DNA from: Candidatus Butyricimonas faecavium | Lineage (GTDB): Bacteria > Bacteroidota > Bacteroidia > Bacteroidales > Marinifilaceae | Direction of reading: 5' to 3' | DNA: 64,000 bases | NCBI GenBank assembly: GCA_019117165.1 | Contig: DXAG01000016.1 | Coordinates: forward strand, 216-64,215 | Shown: positions 50,555-60,566 of the stretch, one piece after another | Position numbering within the stretch: the stretch's first letter is position 1 | How the letters are laid out: each line of letters begins with the position of its first letter | Translations under genes and position numbers: made by a program | The notes under the pieces: generated by a model | Databases searched by the model: none | Told to the model about the DNA's origin: nothing | What the model saw: only the letters and a program-made list of their open reading frames with translations

Positions 50555-51820
50555 TCAGTGTTCATGGCTATGTCCGTGAGGAATTGCTCCGGATGCAGAG
50601 GCCATTTTGACTTGATAGGCTCCTTTGGTTACGACACGGTCTCCGGGGTGCAGGCCTTTGATGATCTGTACCTCTTTACCATTATTGGCTCCCAGTGCCA
50701 CTTCTTGTTTGCGGTAGCCTTCCTCGTCAATTTGCACGTACACGTAGTAGATCCCCATTTCATTAGTCAATGCGGATACGGGGATGGATAACGTGTTTTC
50801 AATTGGAGCTGAAATAAGATATACTTCTACGAAAGACCCCGGAATCACGTCGCCTTTATTGTCAAATTCGAAAGATACGGGGATAAAGAATGAATTCTCG
50901 TTAGAAGTTTTTCCGAAAGAAAGTAAGCGTCCGTTCAAGTCTTCCAAGGAGTAAACTTTATTATCGTACGGGGTTTTGAAATTAGCGCTCGTTACGGATT
51001 GCATGGCATTGTAATATCTTTGAGATACTTCAGCTCGGAGTACTAAGCGTTGGTTTTGAGAAACCGTAGCCAACGGTTGTCCGACCGTGATGTATTCTCC
51101 TTCTTTTACAAGAATGTTTTTCACGTGTCCGTTAATCGGGGCGTTTACACTGACTCCTTTTGCCGTTTTATTATTGGATACGGCGTCATAAGCTGTTTTT
51201 GCGTTCTCGAATTCCAATTTGGAACTTTCGAATTCCTTTTGAGATATGATTTTGTCCTTTACAAGAGCTTCGGCTCGGTCGTAGCTGGCTTTAGCTGCCT
51301 CGTAAGTTGCTCTTACTTTCGTGTAGTAATCTCCTTCTGCGATGTCCTTTGAGGAAATCTGGAATAGGGATTGTCCTTTTTGCACCTTTGTCCCTTCCGT
51401 TAATTTGTTGGAAGAGAAAGAAACGATGCCATTGCTGGTGGCAACAATAACAGCCTCATCGCCAGGGGCGGCAAGTACTTGTCCTGTTGTTTTAACAACT
51501 TGGTTAAAAGAGGCGGGTTGAATCTCCCGTACTTCGAAAGTGGTTTTTGCAGCTTGGGCTTTCGGGAAAATGATCTCATCACTGTGTTTTGTTTCTTCGC
51601 TTTCGTGGCTGTGACCAGCATGTTCCTCTGCCGTTTCATGTTCATGATCATGTCCCTCGTGTTCATGGTCGTGTCCTTCGTGGCTATGATTATGTCCTTC
51701 ATGGTTATGTCCAACGTGAGTCTCCGTTGCGGAGTGAGTGTGTTTATCTTGTGAAGATTGGTTTTTGCACCCCCATAAGGAGATTGCCAATATTGTAATA
51801 GCATAAATAATTGTTCTCAT
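50555..51820 (-). CDS. RND periplasmic adaptor (MFP) lipoprotein with His-rich N-terminus
   Basis: Start ATG 51820, LWGC lipobox, HEGHDHE repeats, APING hairpin, C-terminal PHGHSHEH. Confidence 0.9.
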   Translation of the reverse strand: MRTIIYAITILAISLWGCKNQSSQDKHTHSATETHVGHNHEGHNHSHEGHDHEHEGHDHEHETAEEHAGHSHESEETKHSDEIIFPKAQAAKTTFEVREIQPASFNQVVKTTGQVLAAPGDEAVIVATSNGIVSFSSNKLTEGTKVQKGQSLFQISSKDIAEGDYYTKVRATYEAAKASYDRAEALVKDKIISQKEFESSKLEFENAKTAYDAVSNNKTAKGVSVNAPINGHVKNILVKEGEYITVGQPLATVSQNQRLVLRAEVSQRYYNAMQSVTSANFKTPYDNKVYSLEDLNGRLLSFGKTSNENSFFIPVSFEFDNKGDVIPGSFVEVYLISAPIENTLSIPVSALTNEMGIYYVYVQIDEEGYRKQEVALGANNGKEVQIIKGLHPGDRVVTKGAYQVKMASASGAIPHGHSHEH

Positions 51821-51895
51821 AATAAGTGATTTAATGTTGAGAATAAAACAATAAATGATAATTGTCCGGTTCATACCGGGCGAGTAATTCTATAT

Positions 51896-52324
51896 TTAAG
51901 CTATTACGGTAGGAGGGGCCCTGCCGGCAGAGGTGACGCTCCACGTGATCGAGTGGAGACGTTCCTGGTAAAATATGGGTGGAACTTCTTTGGGTATTCC
52001 GAGAAATAATAACGAGTAATCTAATCCGGCAATGGTTAAAATGGATAGAAATGGTTGATCCGGAATGATATTCGGACAACAATTACACTCTTCATGATGT
52101 TGTTTTACAATACTTGTCTGGAATAGTAATCTGACTTCACATTCTCCCTCGGCAGGACTTGAGTCATGTTCATGGTGACAGGCTTTTTCGATGGGTGAAC
52201 TGTATTCATGTGTAGGCGTAAAACAAATTAATTTACCGTGGTGGTGATGAGGCATAATGGACGACAGTAGCATAATCATGCTAGCAAAAATAAGCGGGAT
52301 AATAGCTACCTGTCGTTTCCTCAT
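51896..52324 (-). CDS. His/Cys-rich leader protein (DUF6769/DUF2946-like) with C-terminal RAPP motif
   Basis: Hydrophobic N-terminus, PHHHH, CHHEH, HHEECNCC, GRAPP; -7 box TATATTTG 52348-52355 (minus). Confidence 0.8.
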   Translation of the reverse strand: MRKRQVAIIPLIFASMIMLLSSIMPHHHHGKLICFTPTHEYSSPIEKACHHEHDSSPAEGECEVRLLFQTSIVKQHHEECNCCPNIIPDQPFLSILTIAGLDYSLLFLGIPKEVPPIFYQERLHSITWSVTSAGRAPPTVIA

Positions 52325-52408
52325 GGTTTACAAACCTTTAATTTCTACAAATATACTTTTTTGTATGCAAGTTTGCAAAACTTCACACAAAGTTTAATAA
52401 AACATTAA

Positions 52409-52795
52409 CTATTTCTGCATCTGTTTCTCAAAACCTTTCAACATCAATTCTGCAGACGCTGGGTTCGTTGCTAATGGAACATTGTGAACGTCACATACGC
52501 GCATTAACATTTGCACGTCCGGTTCGTGGGGGTGTTTCCCTAGCGGGTCACGGAAAAATAGAACCATTTGTACTTTATGTTCTGCTACTTGTGCTGCAAT
52601 TTGAGCATCTCCCCCAAGTGGACCGGAAAGAAGGCGTTCAACTTTTAGCCCGGCAGCCTGTGCATGTTTTCCGGTAGTTCCGGTAGCAATGATTTCGATG
52701 TTTGCTGAGTGCATGAATTCATAATGTCTGTTTAGAAAAGCAACCATATCTGCTTTTTTTCCGTCGTGTGCGATTACAGCTAGTTTCATTTTCAT
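52409..52795 (-). CDS. mgsA: Methylglyoxal synthase
   Basis: IAHDGKK, ATGTTG, SGPLGGDAQI, DPLGKHPHEPDV, PLATN. Confidence 0.95.
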   Translation of the reverse strand: MKMKLAVIAHDGKKADMVAFLNRHYEFMHSANIEIIATGTTGKHAQAAGLKVERLLSGPLGGDAQIAAQVAEHKVQMVLFFRDPLGKHPHEPDVQMLMRVCDVHNVPLATNPASAELMLKGFEKQMQK

Positions 52796-52845
52796 GTTAT
52801 TTTAGGTCATACAAATATATAAATATGTATGTGAAAACCGGAAAG

Positions 52846-53964
52846 CTAAAAATTAAAAGTTTTGGTTGACTTCAGTATGGTGTCTGTTTTCCTGAAGAAA
52901 TTCTTGCTTTTCGTCAGATGAAAATTTTTCATAACACTGTCGGCCAAATTTTCCGGAACCACATAATAGCGCCGCTGTCCTCCCTCGTAGGGACGATACA
53001 TGTAAAATTTAATCGGCTCCATTTGATAACGTACAGGATAGTTCTGAGGTTTCGTTAAAGTCACACGAATACATATTCCTCCTTCTGTTCCTTGTTGGGA
53101 TTGGTTCGAAATAAAATTACCTAGAGAGAAAACGGTAACGCCTAGTGTATCTTTGTCCGAGATATAATATTCTATTGGCTGAACTACGTGGGGATGTGAA
53201 CCGATAACCATATCAACTCCTTGTTCATGCAACCATTTACTTAATGTCCGTTGTTCTTTGTTTGGAAAGTTATGGTATTCATATCCCCAGTGCATGAAAG
53301 CTATAATATTGGTGGCCGTGTCCCGGCGGGCCAGTTGGATATCTTGTTTTATGGCGATCGTATCAATGTGCGGGACGACAAACCCTTTCGGAACGGGAAG
53401 GCCATTTGTTCCGTACGTGTAATTGAGTAATGCTATTTTGAATCCGTCTTTTTGGAGATAGAGCGGGTGCCTCTTTTTGTAATTGAGTGTATCTGTGAAT
53501 ATTCCTGTATGTGGGATTCCTAACGAATCCAAATAATAGATCGTGTTGGAGATCCCTTTACCGAATTGATCACAACTATGATTGTTGGCGGTAACAAACG
53601 TTGTTACTCCCAATTGATGAAGGTCTCGGGCTATTTGCCAGGGAGAGCAAAATCGGGGATAACCGGAGAAGTCTTTATTTCCGAGGGTTGTTTCTAAGTT
53701 GGCAATGACGAAATCAGCATCCGCCCAATAAGGTGCGATATATTTGAAACATTTCTGATACTTGTAGTCTTTTTCCAATGGTTCGTGTGCGCTATATATC
53801 TGCGGAAGGTGTTGGATGATATCTCCGCAAAACAAAAGGGTTAACGTTTGGGACGTGTGAGGAAATTCTAATGGGTAATCGGTTTGAACGGGTGGTTTCT
53901 TCTCTTTGCAAGATGTGAACGACAGGAAGACGATACAGAACAAAAGAATTCGGTTGTAGGGCAT
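52846..53964 (-). CDS. CapA-family (PGA_cap) metallophosphoesterase-fold lipoprotein
   Basis: GDIIQH, ANLET, ANNHSCD, HWGYEY, GSHPHVVQ, SLGNFIS. Confidence 0.88.
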   Translation of the reverse strand: MPYNRILLFCIVFLSFTSCKEKKPPVQTDYPLEFPHTSQTLTLLFCGDIIQHLPQIYSAHEPLEKDYKYQKCFKYIAPYWADADFVIANLETTLGNKDFSGYPRFCSPWQIARDLHQLGVTTFVTANNHSCDQFGKGISNTIYYLDSLGIPHTGIFTDTLNYKKRHPLYLQKDGFKIALLNYTYGTNGLPVPKGFVVPHIDTIAIKQDIQLARRDTATNIIAFMHWGYEYHNFPNKEQRTLSKWLHEQGVDMVIGSHPHVVQPIEYYISDKDTLGVTVFSLGNFISNQSQQGTEGGICIRVTLTKPQNYPVRYQMEPIKFYMYRPYEGGQRRYYVVPENLADSVMKNFHLTKSKNFFRKTDTILKSTKTFNF

Positions 53965-54005
53965 GTATTTTTATTCTTTCGAGTTGATCTATGGGGAAGG
54001 GAGAT

Positions 54006-54032
54006 AAAAAAAGCCGTCCGAAGACGGCCTTT
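54006..54032 (-). terminator. Intrinsic terminator after the DsbD-N gene
   Basis: GCCGTC-CGAA-GACGGC with A7 on the plus side. Confidence 0.75.
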
Positions 54033-54034
54033 GA

Positions 54035-54496
54035 TTATTTCGTTAATTCGAATTCAAATTCTTCTTCGGCAGGAGGGATACATTGTCCGCCTGAGCAAGA
54101 CATATATTCTACGTAGCCTACTAATTTAGCTTTGTCACCTTTTAGTTTCACCCGTTGTATGAAAGTTACGGTTCCTTCGAAATATTTCAATTCCATGTTG
54201 AAGGCTTCGCTCTTTTCGGTTTTAGGTTCCGTGGTTGCTTTAAATTCTCCTACTAATTCAATGTCTTTTGTCTCGTCTTCATCTATATTGAAAGTTGTAG
54301 GAAGAGGTCCGTTCTCCGGTAATTTGGTATCATACAGATGCCAGCCACTTTCAACAGTTGCTTTACAGATAATGTCATAAACACCTTCACTTACTTTCTT
54401 GAAAGAAATTTGCCATTTCACTGGCTTTAATACCTGTGAATTTGCAGCCCCAACCATTAAGGTTAATATTGCTGTAAGAATTAATAGTCTTTTCAT
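54035..54496 (-). CDS. Stand-alone DsbD N-terminal (alpha) domain protein
   Basis: Signal peptide; PVKW, GWHLY, GPLPT, YMSCSGGQCIPP. Confidence 0.85.
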   Translation of the reverse strand: MKRLLILTAILTLMVGAANSQVLKPVKWQISFKKVSEGVYDIICKATVESGWHLYDTKLPENGPLPTTFNIDEDETKDIELVGEFKATTEPKTEKSEAFNMELKYFEGTVTFIQRVKLKGDKAKLVGYVEYMSCSGGQCIPPAEEEFEFELTK

Positions 54497-54597
54497 GAAT
54501 AAATTAAATTAGTTTTTAAAATAATTTCTCTCTAAAATTTAGTGATGCAAAATACAAAATTATCGAGAAAAACTATGTTAGCTTATAGTTAAATTTT

Positions 54598-57468
54598 TTA
54601 TAATGTTTTTTTCACGGCCACTTCTTCAAAACTTTCGACGAAATCTCCTGTCCGGATATCGTTGTAATTGTAGATGTTCAAACCACACTCGAATCCCTTG
54701 GAAACTTCTTTCACGTCATCCTTGAAACGTTTCAAGGAGCCCAATTCTCCGGTAAAGATCACGATACCATCCCGAATCACGCGTACTTTTGAGGAACGGG
54801 TAATCTTTCCGTCTCTCACGATACATCCGGCAATCGTTCCCACCTTGGAAATCTTGAATGTTTCAAGCACTTCCACTGTAGAGGTGATCTCTTCTTTGAA
54901 TTCTGGGGATAACATCCCTTCCATAGCGGATTTGATTTCCTCGATTGCTGTGTAGATAATAGAGTAAAGTCGGATGTCGATTTCCTCTTTCTCTGCTAGT
55001 TTTCTAGCACCCATGGATGGACGTACTTGGAATCCGATGATGATAGCGTTCGATGCGGCAGCCAACATGACATCGCCTTCGGAAATTTGTCCCACGGCTT
55101 TGTGAATCACGTTCACTTGGATTTCCGGGGTCGACAACTTGATTAAAGAGTCAGATAATGCCTCGATAGAGCCATCCACATCTCCTTTCACAATGATGTT
55201 TAATTCTTGGAAGTTTCCAATAGCAATACGTCTGCCTATTTCATCCAGTGTGATATGTTTCTGAGTACGCAACCCTTGTTCGCGTTGTAATTGTTCTCGC
55301 TTGTTAGCCAAAGCACGGGCATCTTTCTCATTACCCATGACATTGAATTTGTCTCCGGCCTGTGGAGCCCCGTTCAATCCGAGTATCAATGCCGGGCTAG
55401 ATGGTCCGGCCTCATCCATTTTGCTTCCGCGTTCGTTGAACATGGCTTTCACGTGTCCGAAATATTGTCCGGCGAGTACTACATCTCCCACGCGTAACGT
55501 TCCGTTCTGTACGAGTACGGTTGCTACGTAACCCCGTCCTTTATCCAGAGAGGATTCGATGATTGAACCGATTGCTTTCCGTTTAGGGTTAGCTTTTAAT
55601 TCTAGAATTTCAGCCTCAAGCAACACTTTCTCCAAAAGTTCTTCTACATTCAAACCTTTTTTGGCAGAAATTTCTTGACATTGATATTTACCACCCCATT
55701 CCTCAACCAAATAGTTCATAGCGGCTAGTTCTTCCCGAATCTTGTCCGGGTTAGCTCCTGGTTTATCGATCTTGTTTATTGCGAATACAATAGGTACTCC
55801 TGCGGCACTGGCGTGATTGATTGCCTCAACGGTTTGCGGCATGACATTATCATCGGCAGCGATAATAATGATGGCAATATCCGTTACTTGAGCACCTCTG
55901 GCACGCATGGCCGTAAACGCCTCGTGTCCAGGGGTATCTAAAAACGTTACGGTTCTACCGTCAGCAAGTTTCACACTGTAAGCACCGATGTGCTGAGTGA
56001 TTCCTCCGGCCTCACCGGCAATCACGTTTGCTTTACGGATGTAGTCCAGTAAAGATGTTTTACCGTGGTCAACGTGTCCCATGACTGTCACGATTGGCGG
56101 ACGGGACTCTAAGTGTTCTTCTTGTTCGTCTTCATCTTCATCTTCATCGATGGCCTCTTGGATATCCACACTCACGAATTCTACATCGAAACCGAATTCT
56201 TCTGCCACGATATTAATAGTTTCAGCGTCCAGACGTTGGTTGATGGATACGAACAGGCCAAGTGACATACAAGTAGAGATAATATCTGCTACGGAAATAT
56301 CCATCATGGTTGCTAACTCACTAACCGTAACGAATTCCGTAAGTTTAAGAATACTCTTTTCCAACTCTGCCTGCTCCATTTCAGCCTGCATTTTTTGGTG
56401 TACGGCATCCCGTTTATCTCTTCTGTGTTTGGAACTTTTGGTCTTTCCTTTGTTTCCCAAACGGGCAAACGTGTCTTTAATTTGTTTTTGTATGTCTTCT
56501 TCAGAAATTTCAGCCTTGCTGGCTTTCTTTTTCTTTATTTTCTTTATTTTCTTCTTGCTTTCTTCCTGCTTCGCTGTTTTAGAAATTTCAATATTGATTT
56601 TCTCGTCTTTTTTTAGAATACGTTTTCTTTTTTTACGTATTTCAGATTCTTCCGAATCATCCTCACCTTCATTTATTACGACATTTTTCTTGAGTATAAT
56701 CTCATCTGTACTCTTAGGAGGCATTAAAGATTTTTTCTTGAGTTCTCGTTTATCTCTTTCTCTTTCCTGTTTGCTTTTCTTTGGAGGGCGAGTACGTTGG
56801 TTGATTGCATCCAAATCAATTGTTCCGACAACCTTCACGTCTTTAATCGCTGGGGTCGGTGATTTGTAACTTACTTCCCTGTCGATTTTATTGGAATAAT
56901 CTTCAGCTGAGGTTTTTTCTTCCTGACGGGTTTCAACCTTCGGTTGCTTGATGATTGTTTTCGGAGTTCTGGCAACAAACGTCGGCGTTTCTTCCCGTTC
57001 AGGCTTTTGTGTTATTACGGGAGTTTCTTTTACTTGTGGTTCTATCGGTTTTTCCTCCTTCTTTTCTTCTACTTTCACCTCTTTTGGCTCCTCGACCTTT
57101 TCTTCCGGTTTCTGTTGTTTGTTTAGTCTGTTCAGATCGATATGATCCACGACCTTGATTTTGTTTTCCAGTTTGATCTCGTCTTTTATAGATATGAATT
57201 CCGGTGTATGTTCCTCCGAACCATTGTTCATGTTGTCAATGGTAACAGTTTCTTTTTTCAACCGTGTATTTTTTAAATCTACTCGATTGGATTCTTTTTT
57301 AGCTTCGCTATCGGTAGAAAACTCTTTTGCAACCAAAGAGTACTGGTCATCTGTTAATTTTGCATTTGGATCAGATGAAATCTTAATCCCCTTTTCCTGC
57401 AGGAAATCCACTATAGTGGACAAGCCTACGTTAAATTCTCTAGCAACTTTACTTAGTCTAACTGCCAT
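54598..57468 (-). CDS. infB: Translation initiation factor IF-2
   Basis: [33 protein letters not shown]. Confidence 0.98.
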   Translation of the reverse strand: MAVRLSKVAREFNVGLSTIVDFLQEKGIKISSDPNAKLTDDQYSLVAKEFSTDSEAKKESNRVDLKNTRLKKETVTIDNMNNGSEEHTPEFISIKDEIKLENKIKVVDHIDLNRLNKQQKPEEKVEEPKEVKVEEKKEEKPIEPQVKETPVITQKPEREETPTFVARTPKTIIKQPKVETRQEEKTSAEDYSNKIDREVSYKSPTPAIKDVKVVGTIDLDAINQRTRPPKKSKQERERDKRELKKKSLMPPKSTDEIILKKNVVINEGEDDSEESEIRKKRKRILKKDEKINIEISKTAKQEESKKKIKKIKKKKASKAEISEEDIQKQIKDTFARLGNKGKTKSSKHRRDKRDAVHQKMQAEMEQAELEKSILKLTEFVTVSELATMMDISVADIISTCMSLGLFVSINQRLDAETINIVAEEFGFDVEFVSVDIQEAIDEDEDEDEQEEHLESRPPIVTVMGHVDHGKTSLLDYIRKANVIAGEAGGITQHIGAYSVKLADGRTVTFLDTPGHEAFTAMRARGAQVTDIAIIIIAADDNVMPQTVEAINHASAAGVPIVFAINKIDKPGANPDKIREELAAMNYLVEEWGGKYQCQEISAKKGLNVEELLEKVLLEAEILELKANPKRKAIGSIIESSLDKGRGYVATVLVQNGTLRVGDVVLAGQYFGHVKAMFNERGSKMDEAGPSSPALILGLNGAPQAGDKFNVMGNEKDARALANKREQLQREQGLRTQKHITLDEIGRRIAIGNFQELNIIVKGDVDGSIEALSDSLIKLSTPEIQVNVIHKAVGQISEGDVMLAAASNAIIIGFQVRPSMGARKLAEKEEIDIRLYSIIYTAIEEIKSAMEGMLSPEFKEEITSTVEVLETFKISKVGTIAGCIVRDGKITRSSKVRVIRDGIVIFTGELGSLKRFKDDVKEVSKGFECGLNIYNYNDIRTGDFVESFEEVAVKKTL

Positions 57469-57510
57469 ATTAAGATTTTATTTTACAAGCATTATAACCT
57501 TGAGCGTTCC

Positions 57511-58749
57511 TTATTCAAATTCAGCTCTTAATATTTTGAGAACATCCCTGATGGTCTCTATCTCAAGATCAGTCCTGCTCTCTAATTCTGATTCACTTAA
57601 CTCTAACACGCTCTTTGCCGTGTCGCAACCCACGCGTTTCAGTTCTTCGATTACCCAGGGTTCGATCTCATCAGAGAATTCCTCCAAGTTAACGTCTTCT
57701 TCTTCTGCGGTTTCAAGCTCACGATAAACATCGATTTCATAACCTGTGAGTTGACTGGCCAGTTTGATATTCAAACCGCCTTTACCGATAGCGAGGGAAA
57801 CTTCCTCTGGATTCAGGTAAACATTCGCTCTCTTGTTTTCTTCGTCCATTTCAATCTTATTGATCTTGGCTGGGTTCAACGCACGGGTGATGTATAGCTG
57901 GATGTTGTTCGTGTAGTTAATCACGTCAATATTTTCGTTTCTTAGTTCCCGGACAATCCCATGTATACGTGAACCTTTCATCCCGACACAAGCACCTACC
58001 GGATCGATACGGTCATCGTATGATTCAACGGCTACTTTGGCACGTTCTCCCGGAACACGCACCACGTTTTTGATCGTGATCAGTCCATCAAATATTTCCG
58101 GAACTTCGTTCTCGAATAATCTTTCAAGGAATACGGGTGATGTCCGGGAAAGAATGATATATGGGGAAGCGTTCTTCATTTCCACGCGAATTACCACTGC
58201 CCGGATGGTATCTCCTTTTTTGAAAAAATCGCTAGGAATTTGTTCTTGTTTCGGAAGAATCAACTCGTTACCCTCGTCATCCAATACTAGAATTTCTTTT
58301 TTCCACACTTGATAAACTTCGCCAGTCACGATCTGGCCCACTTTCTCTTTGTATTTCGTGAAAATATGATCTTTTTCCAGTTCGAGAATCCGGGCAGACA
58401 GGTTTTGTCTCAATGCTAGAACAGAACGACGTCCGAAATCTTTGAATTTTACTTCGTCTGTCACCTCTTCTCCCACTTCGTAGTCTGCATCGATTTTCTT
58501 AGCTTCTGTCAACGAAATTTGGGTATTGGGATTCTCGAAAGCATCGTCTTCCACCACGATACGGTTTCTCCAGATTTCCAAGTCTCCTTTGTCGATATTT
58601 ATAATGATGTCAAAATTCTCGTCCGTCCCGTAACGCTTGATAAGCATGTTTCTGAATATATCTTCCAACACTCTCATCAAGGTTGCCCTGTCAATATTTT
58701 TAAGCTCTTTAAATTCTGCGAATGAATCTATTAAATTAATGGCTTCCAT
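57511..58749 (-). CDS. nusA: Transcription termination factor NusA
   Basis: PGERAKVAV, DPVGACVGMKGSRI, AIGKGGLN. Confidence 0.97.
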   Translation of the reverse strand: MEAINLIDSFAEFKELKNIDRATLMRVLEDIFRNMLIKRYGTDENFDIIINIDKGDLEIWRNRIVVEDDAFENPNTQISLTEAKKIDADYEVGEEVTDEVKFKDFGRRSVLALRQNLSARILELEKDHIFTKYKEKVGQIVTGEVYQVWKKEILVLDDEGNELILPKQEQIPSDFFKKGDTIRAVVIRVEMKNASPYIILSRTSPVFLERLFENEVPEIFDGLITIKNVVRVPGERAKVAVESYDDRIDPVGACVGMKGSRIHGIVRELRNENIDVINYTNNIQLYITRALNPAKINKIEMDEENKRANVYLNPEEVSLAIGKGGLNIKLASQLTGYEIDVYRELETAEEEDVNLEEFSDEIEPWVIEELKRVGCDTAKSVLELSESELESRTDLEIETIRDVLKILRAEFE

Positions 58750-58764
58750 TTTTATTTTATGTAT

Positions 58765-59229
58765 TTAGAAAACAACAATATCTTTAACCTCCTTTATGTC
58801 TGTAAAATGAATCTCTTTCTCCATTTTGACTATGCTTTTTTTCTTCTTTCCTTCAACAGCTATTTTTTCTTCGCATTCGATCACGATCCCTGTGTTGGAA
58901 TAGGATTTTAATGTTCCCTGTAATTTTTCCCCGTTTTGCAATTTTACTTCCACTTGGCGTCCCAGATTTTTTTCGTATTGCTGGATTACCTTGAAGGGAT
59001 AACCAATTCCGGCACTCGAAACAGTTAACTCGAAATCTTCGACATCTCGGTCTAGCTTTGCATCTAATTGTTTGCTGAGGGTTACGCAGGAATCCACGTT
59101 AATCCCCTTCAGGGAGTCGATGTAGACCTCGATCGAGTTTTCTGGAGATACTTTCAAGTCCACCAGAAACAAATCTGTCCCTTGCAGTATTGTTTCAATA
59201 ATGTCTTTTATTTCCTCTGTACTTTTCAT
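58765..59229 (-). CDS. rimP: Ribosome maturation factor RimP
   Basis: DFELTVSSAGIGYPF; first gene of rimP-nusA-infB; start placed at ATG 59229. Confidence 0.92.
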   Translation of the reverse strand: MKSTEEIKDIIETILQGTDLFLVDLKVSPENSIEVYIDSLKGINVDSCVTLSKQLDAKLDRDVEDFELTVSSAGIGYPFKVIQQYEKNLGRQVEVKLQNGEKLQGTLKSYSNTGIVIECEEKIAVEGKKKKSIVKMEKEIHFTDIKEVKDIVVF

Positions 59230-59249
59230 TCTACTCTTTGATCTAAGAT

Positions 59250-59303
59250 AACAGAAGAGGGGACTAATCGCCCCCTCGTTGTTAATAACCGCATGCAAAG
59301 ATA
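59250..59303 (-). promoter_or_regulatory. rimP operon -7 box and leader hairpin
   Basis: TATCTTTG 59296-59303; minus-strand GAGGGGGCGATTAGTCCCCTC then TTCTGTT. Confidence 0.55.
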
Positions 59304-59533
59304 CAATTAATTATTTTTAATCCAAAGAGTTCCGATGGAAAATCAGTGAGACTAAGATATTTTCCGGGGAGAACGTTTCCGGAGAAGAGGTAGTATATCA
59401 CGGGAATTTATGTTGGCTGTAAGCCTTTAGGTGTTGATATGTATGGTTTTAAATATTAGTATTGAAACATATTTGTCACATTTTCTATATAGTTCCAAAT
59501 AAAATTTGTAAGTTTGCCGAAATTTTTTGAATT

Positions 59534-60565
59534 ATGGAGTTTAAAGCAAAGGACATAGCAGCTCTATTAGGTGGGGTTGTCGATGGAGACCCTGAGATTT
59601 CTGTAAATAACGTATCTAAAATAGAGGAAGGAAAGCCGGGAACATTGGCTTTTTTGGCTAATCCTAAATACGAACATTATATTTACACGACGCAGGCATC
59701 GATCGTGTTAGTGAACAAAACATTCGAACCCACGCATGAGTATTCTTGTACTTTAATCCGGGTGGAATCGGCCTATGACGCCATCGCAACATTACTACAA
59801 ATGTATGATGAGATGAGGCCGAAACCAGTAGGAATCGAACAACCTTCTTATGTTAGTGATAGTGCCACGATCGGGGACAAGCCTTATATCGGGGCATTTG
59901 CATATATAGGGAGAGGTGCGAAGATCGGGAACAACGTGAAAATATATCCTCAAGCCTACATCGGAGACGGTGTTGTTATCGGGGATAACACGATCATTTA
60001 TTCTGGGGTAAAGATCTACACAGGTTGCGTGGTAGGGAAATCCTGTATCCTTCACGCTGGGGTGGTACTGGGAGCTGATGGTTTCGGATTCGTGCCGGAG
60101 GGAGATCATTACAAGAAAATCCCGCAGATCGGTAACGTGGTATTGGAAGATGATGTGGAGATCGGGGCAAATACTTGTGTTGACCGGGCTACTATGGGGT
60201 CTACAATTATTAAGAAAGGAGTTAAACTCGACAATTTAGTTCAAATTGCACATAACGTGGTAGTGGGTGGAAATACGGTTATTGCGGCCCAGTCCGGGAT
60301 TGCCGGGACGACAAAAGTCGGTGAAAATTGCGTGTTCGGAGGACAAGTTGGTATTGTGGGACATTTGAATATTGGCTCTGGAACGCAAATTGCGGCCCAA
60401 AGTGGTATTACTTCCAATGTGCCGGAGAAATCTGTACTGCGCGGATCCCCTGCATTCGATTACCCGAAATACCAGAAATGTTATGTCGTGTTCCGTAAAT
60501 TACCGGAGCTTTACGGACAAATAAAAGATTTGGAGAAGGAAGTAAATAAATTAAAATCAGAATAA
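59534..60565 (+). CDS. lpxD: UDP-3-O-(3-hydroxymyristoyl)glucosamine N-acyltransferase
   Basis: FLANPKY, hexapeptide repeats, [18 protein letters not shown]; -7 box TAAGTTTG 59509-59516. Confidence 0.96.
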   Translation: MEFKAKDIAALLGGVVDGDPEISVNNVSKIEEGKPGTLAFLANPKYEHYIYTTQASIVLVNKTFEPTHEYSCTLIRVESAYDAIATLLQMYDEMRPKPVGIEQPSYVSDSATIGDKPYIGAFAYIGRGAKIGNNVKIYPQAYIGDGVVIGDNTIIYSGVKIYTGCVVGKSCILHAGVVLGADGFGFVPEGDHYKKIPQIGNVVLEDDVEIGANTCVDRATMGSTIIKKGVKLDNLVQIAHNVVVGGNTVIAAQSGIAGTTKVGENCVFGGQVGIVGHLNIGSGTQIAAQSGITSNVPEKSVLRGSPAFDYPKYQKCYVVFRKLPELYGQIKDLEKEVNKLKSE

Positions 60566-60566
60566 A

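Noticed and set aside
56081-56869. 262-aa Ser/Phe-rich plus-strand ORF (also 57155..57727)
   Set aside because: Antisense shadow of the Glu/Lys-rich infB/nusA coding strand
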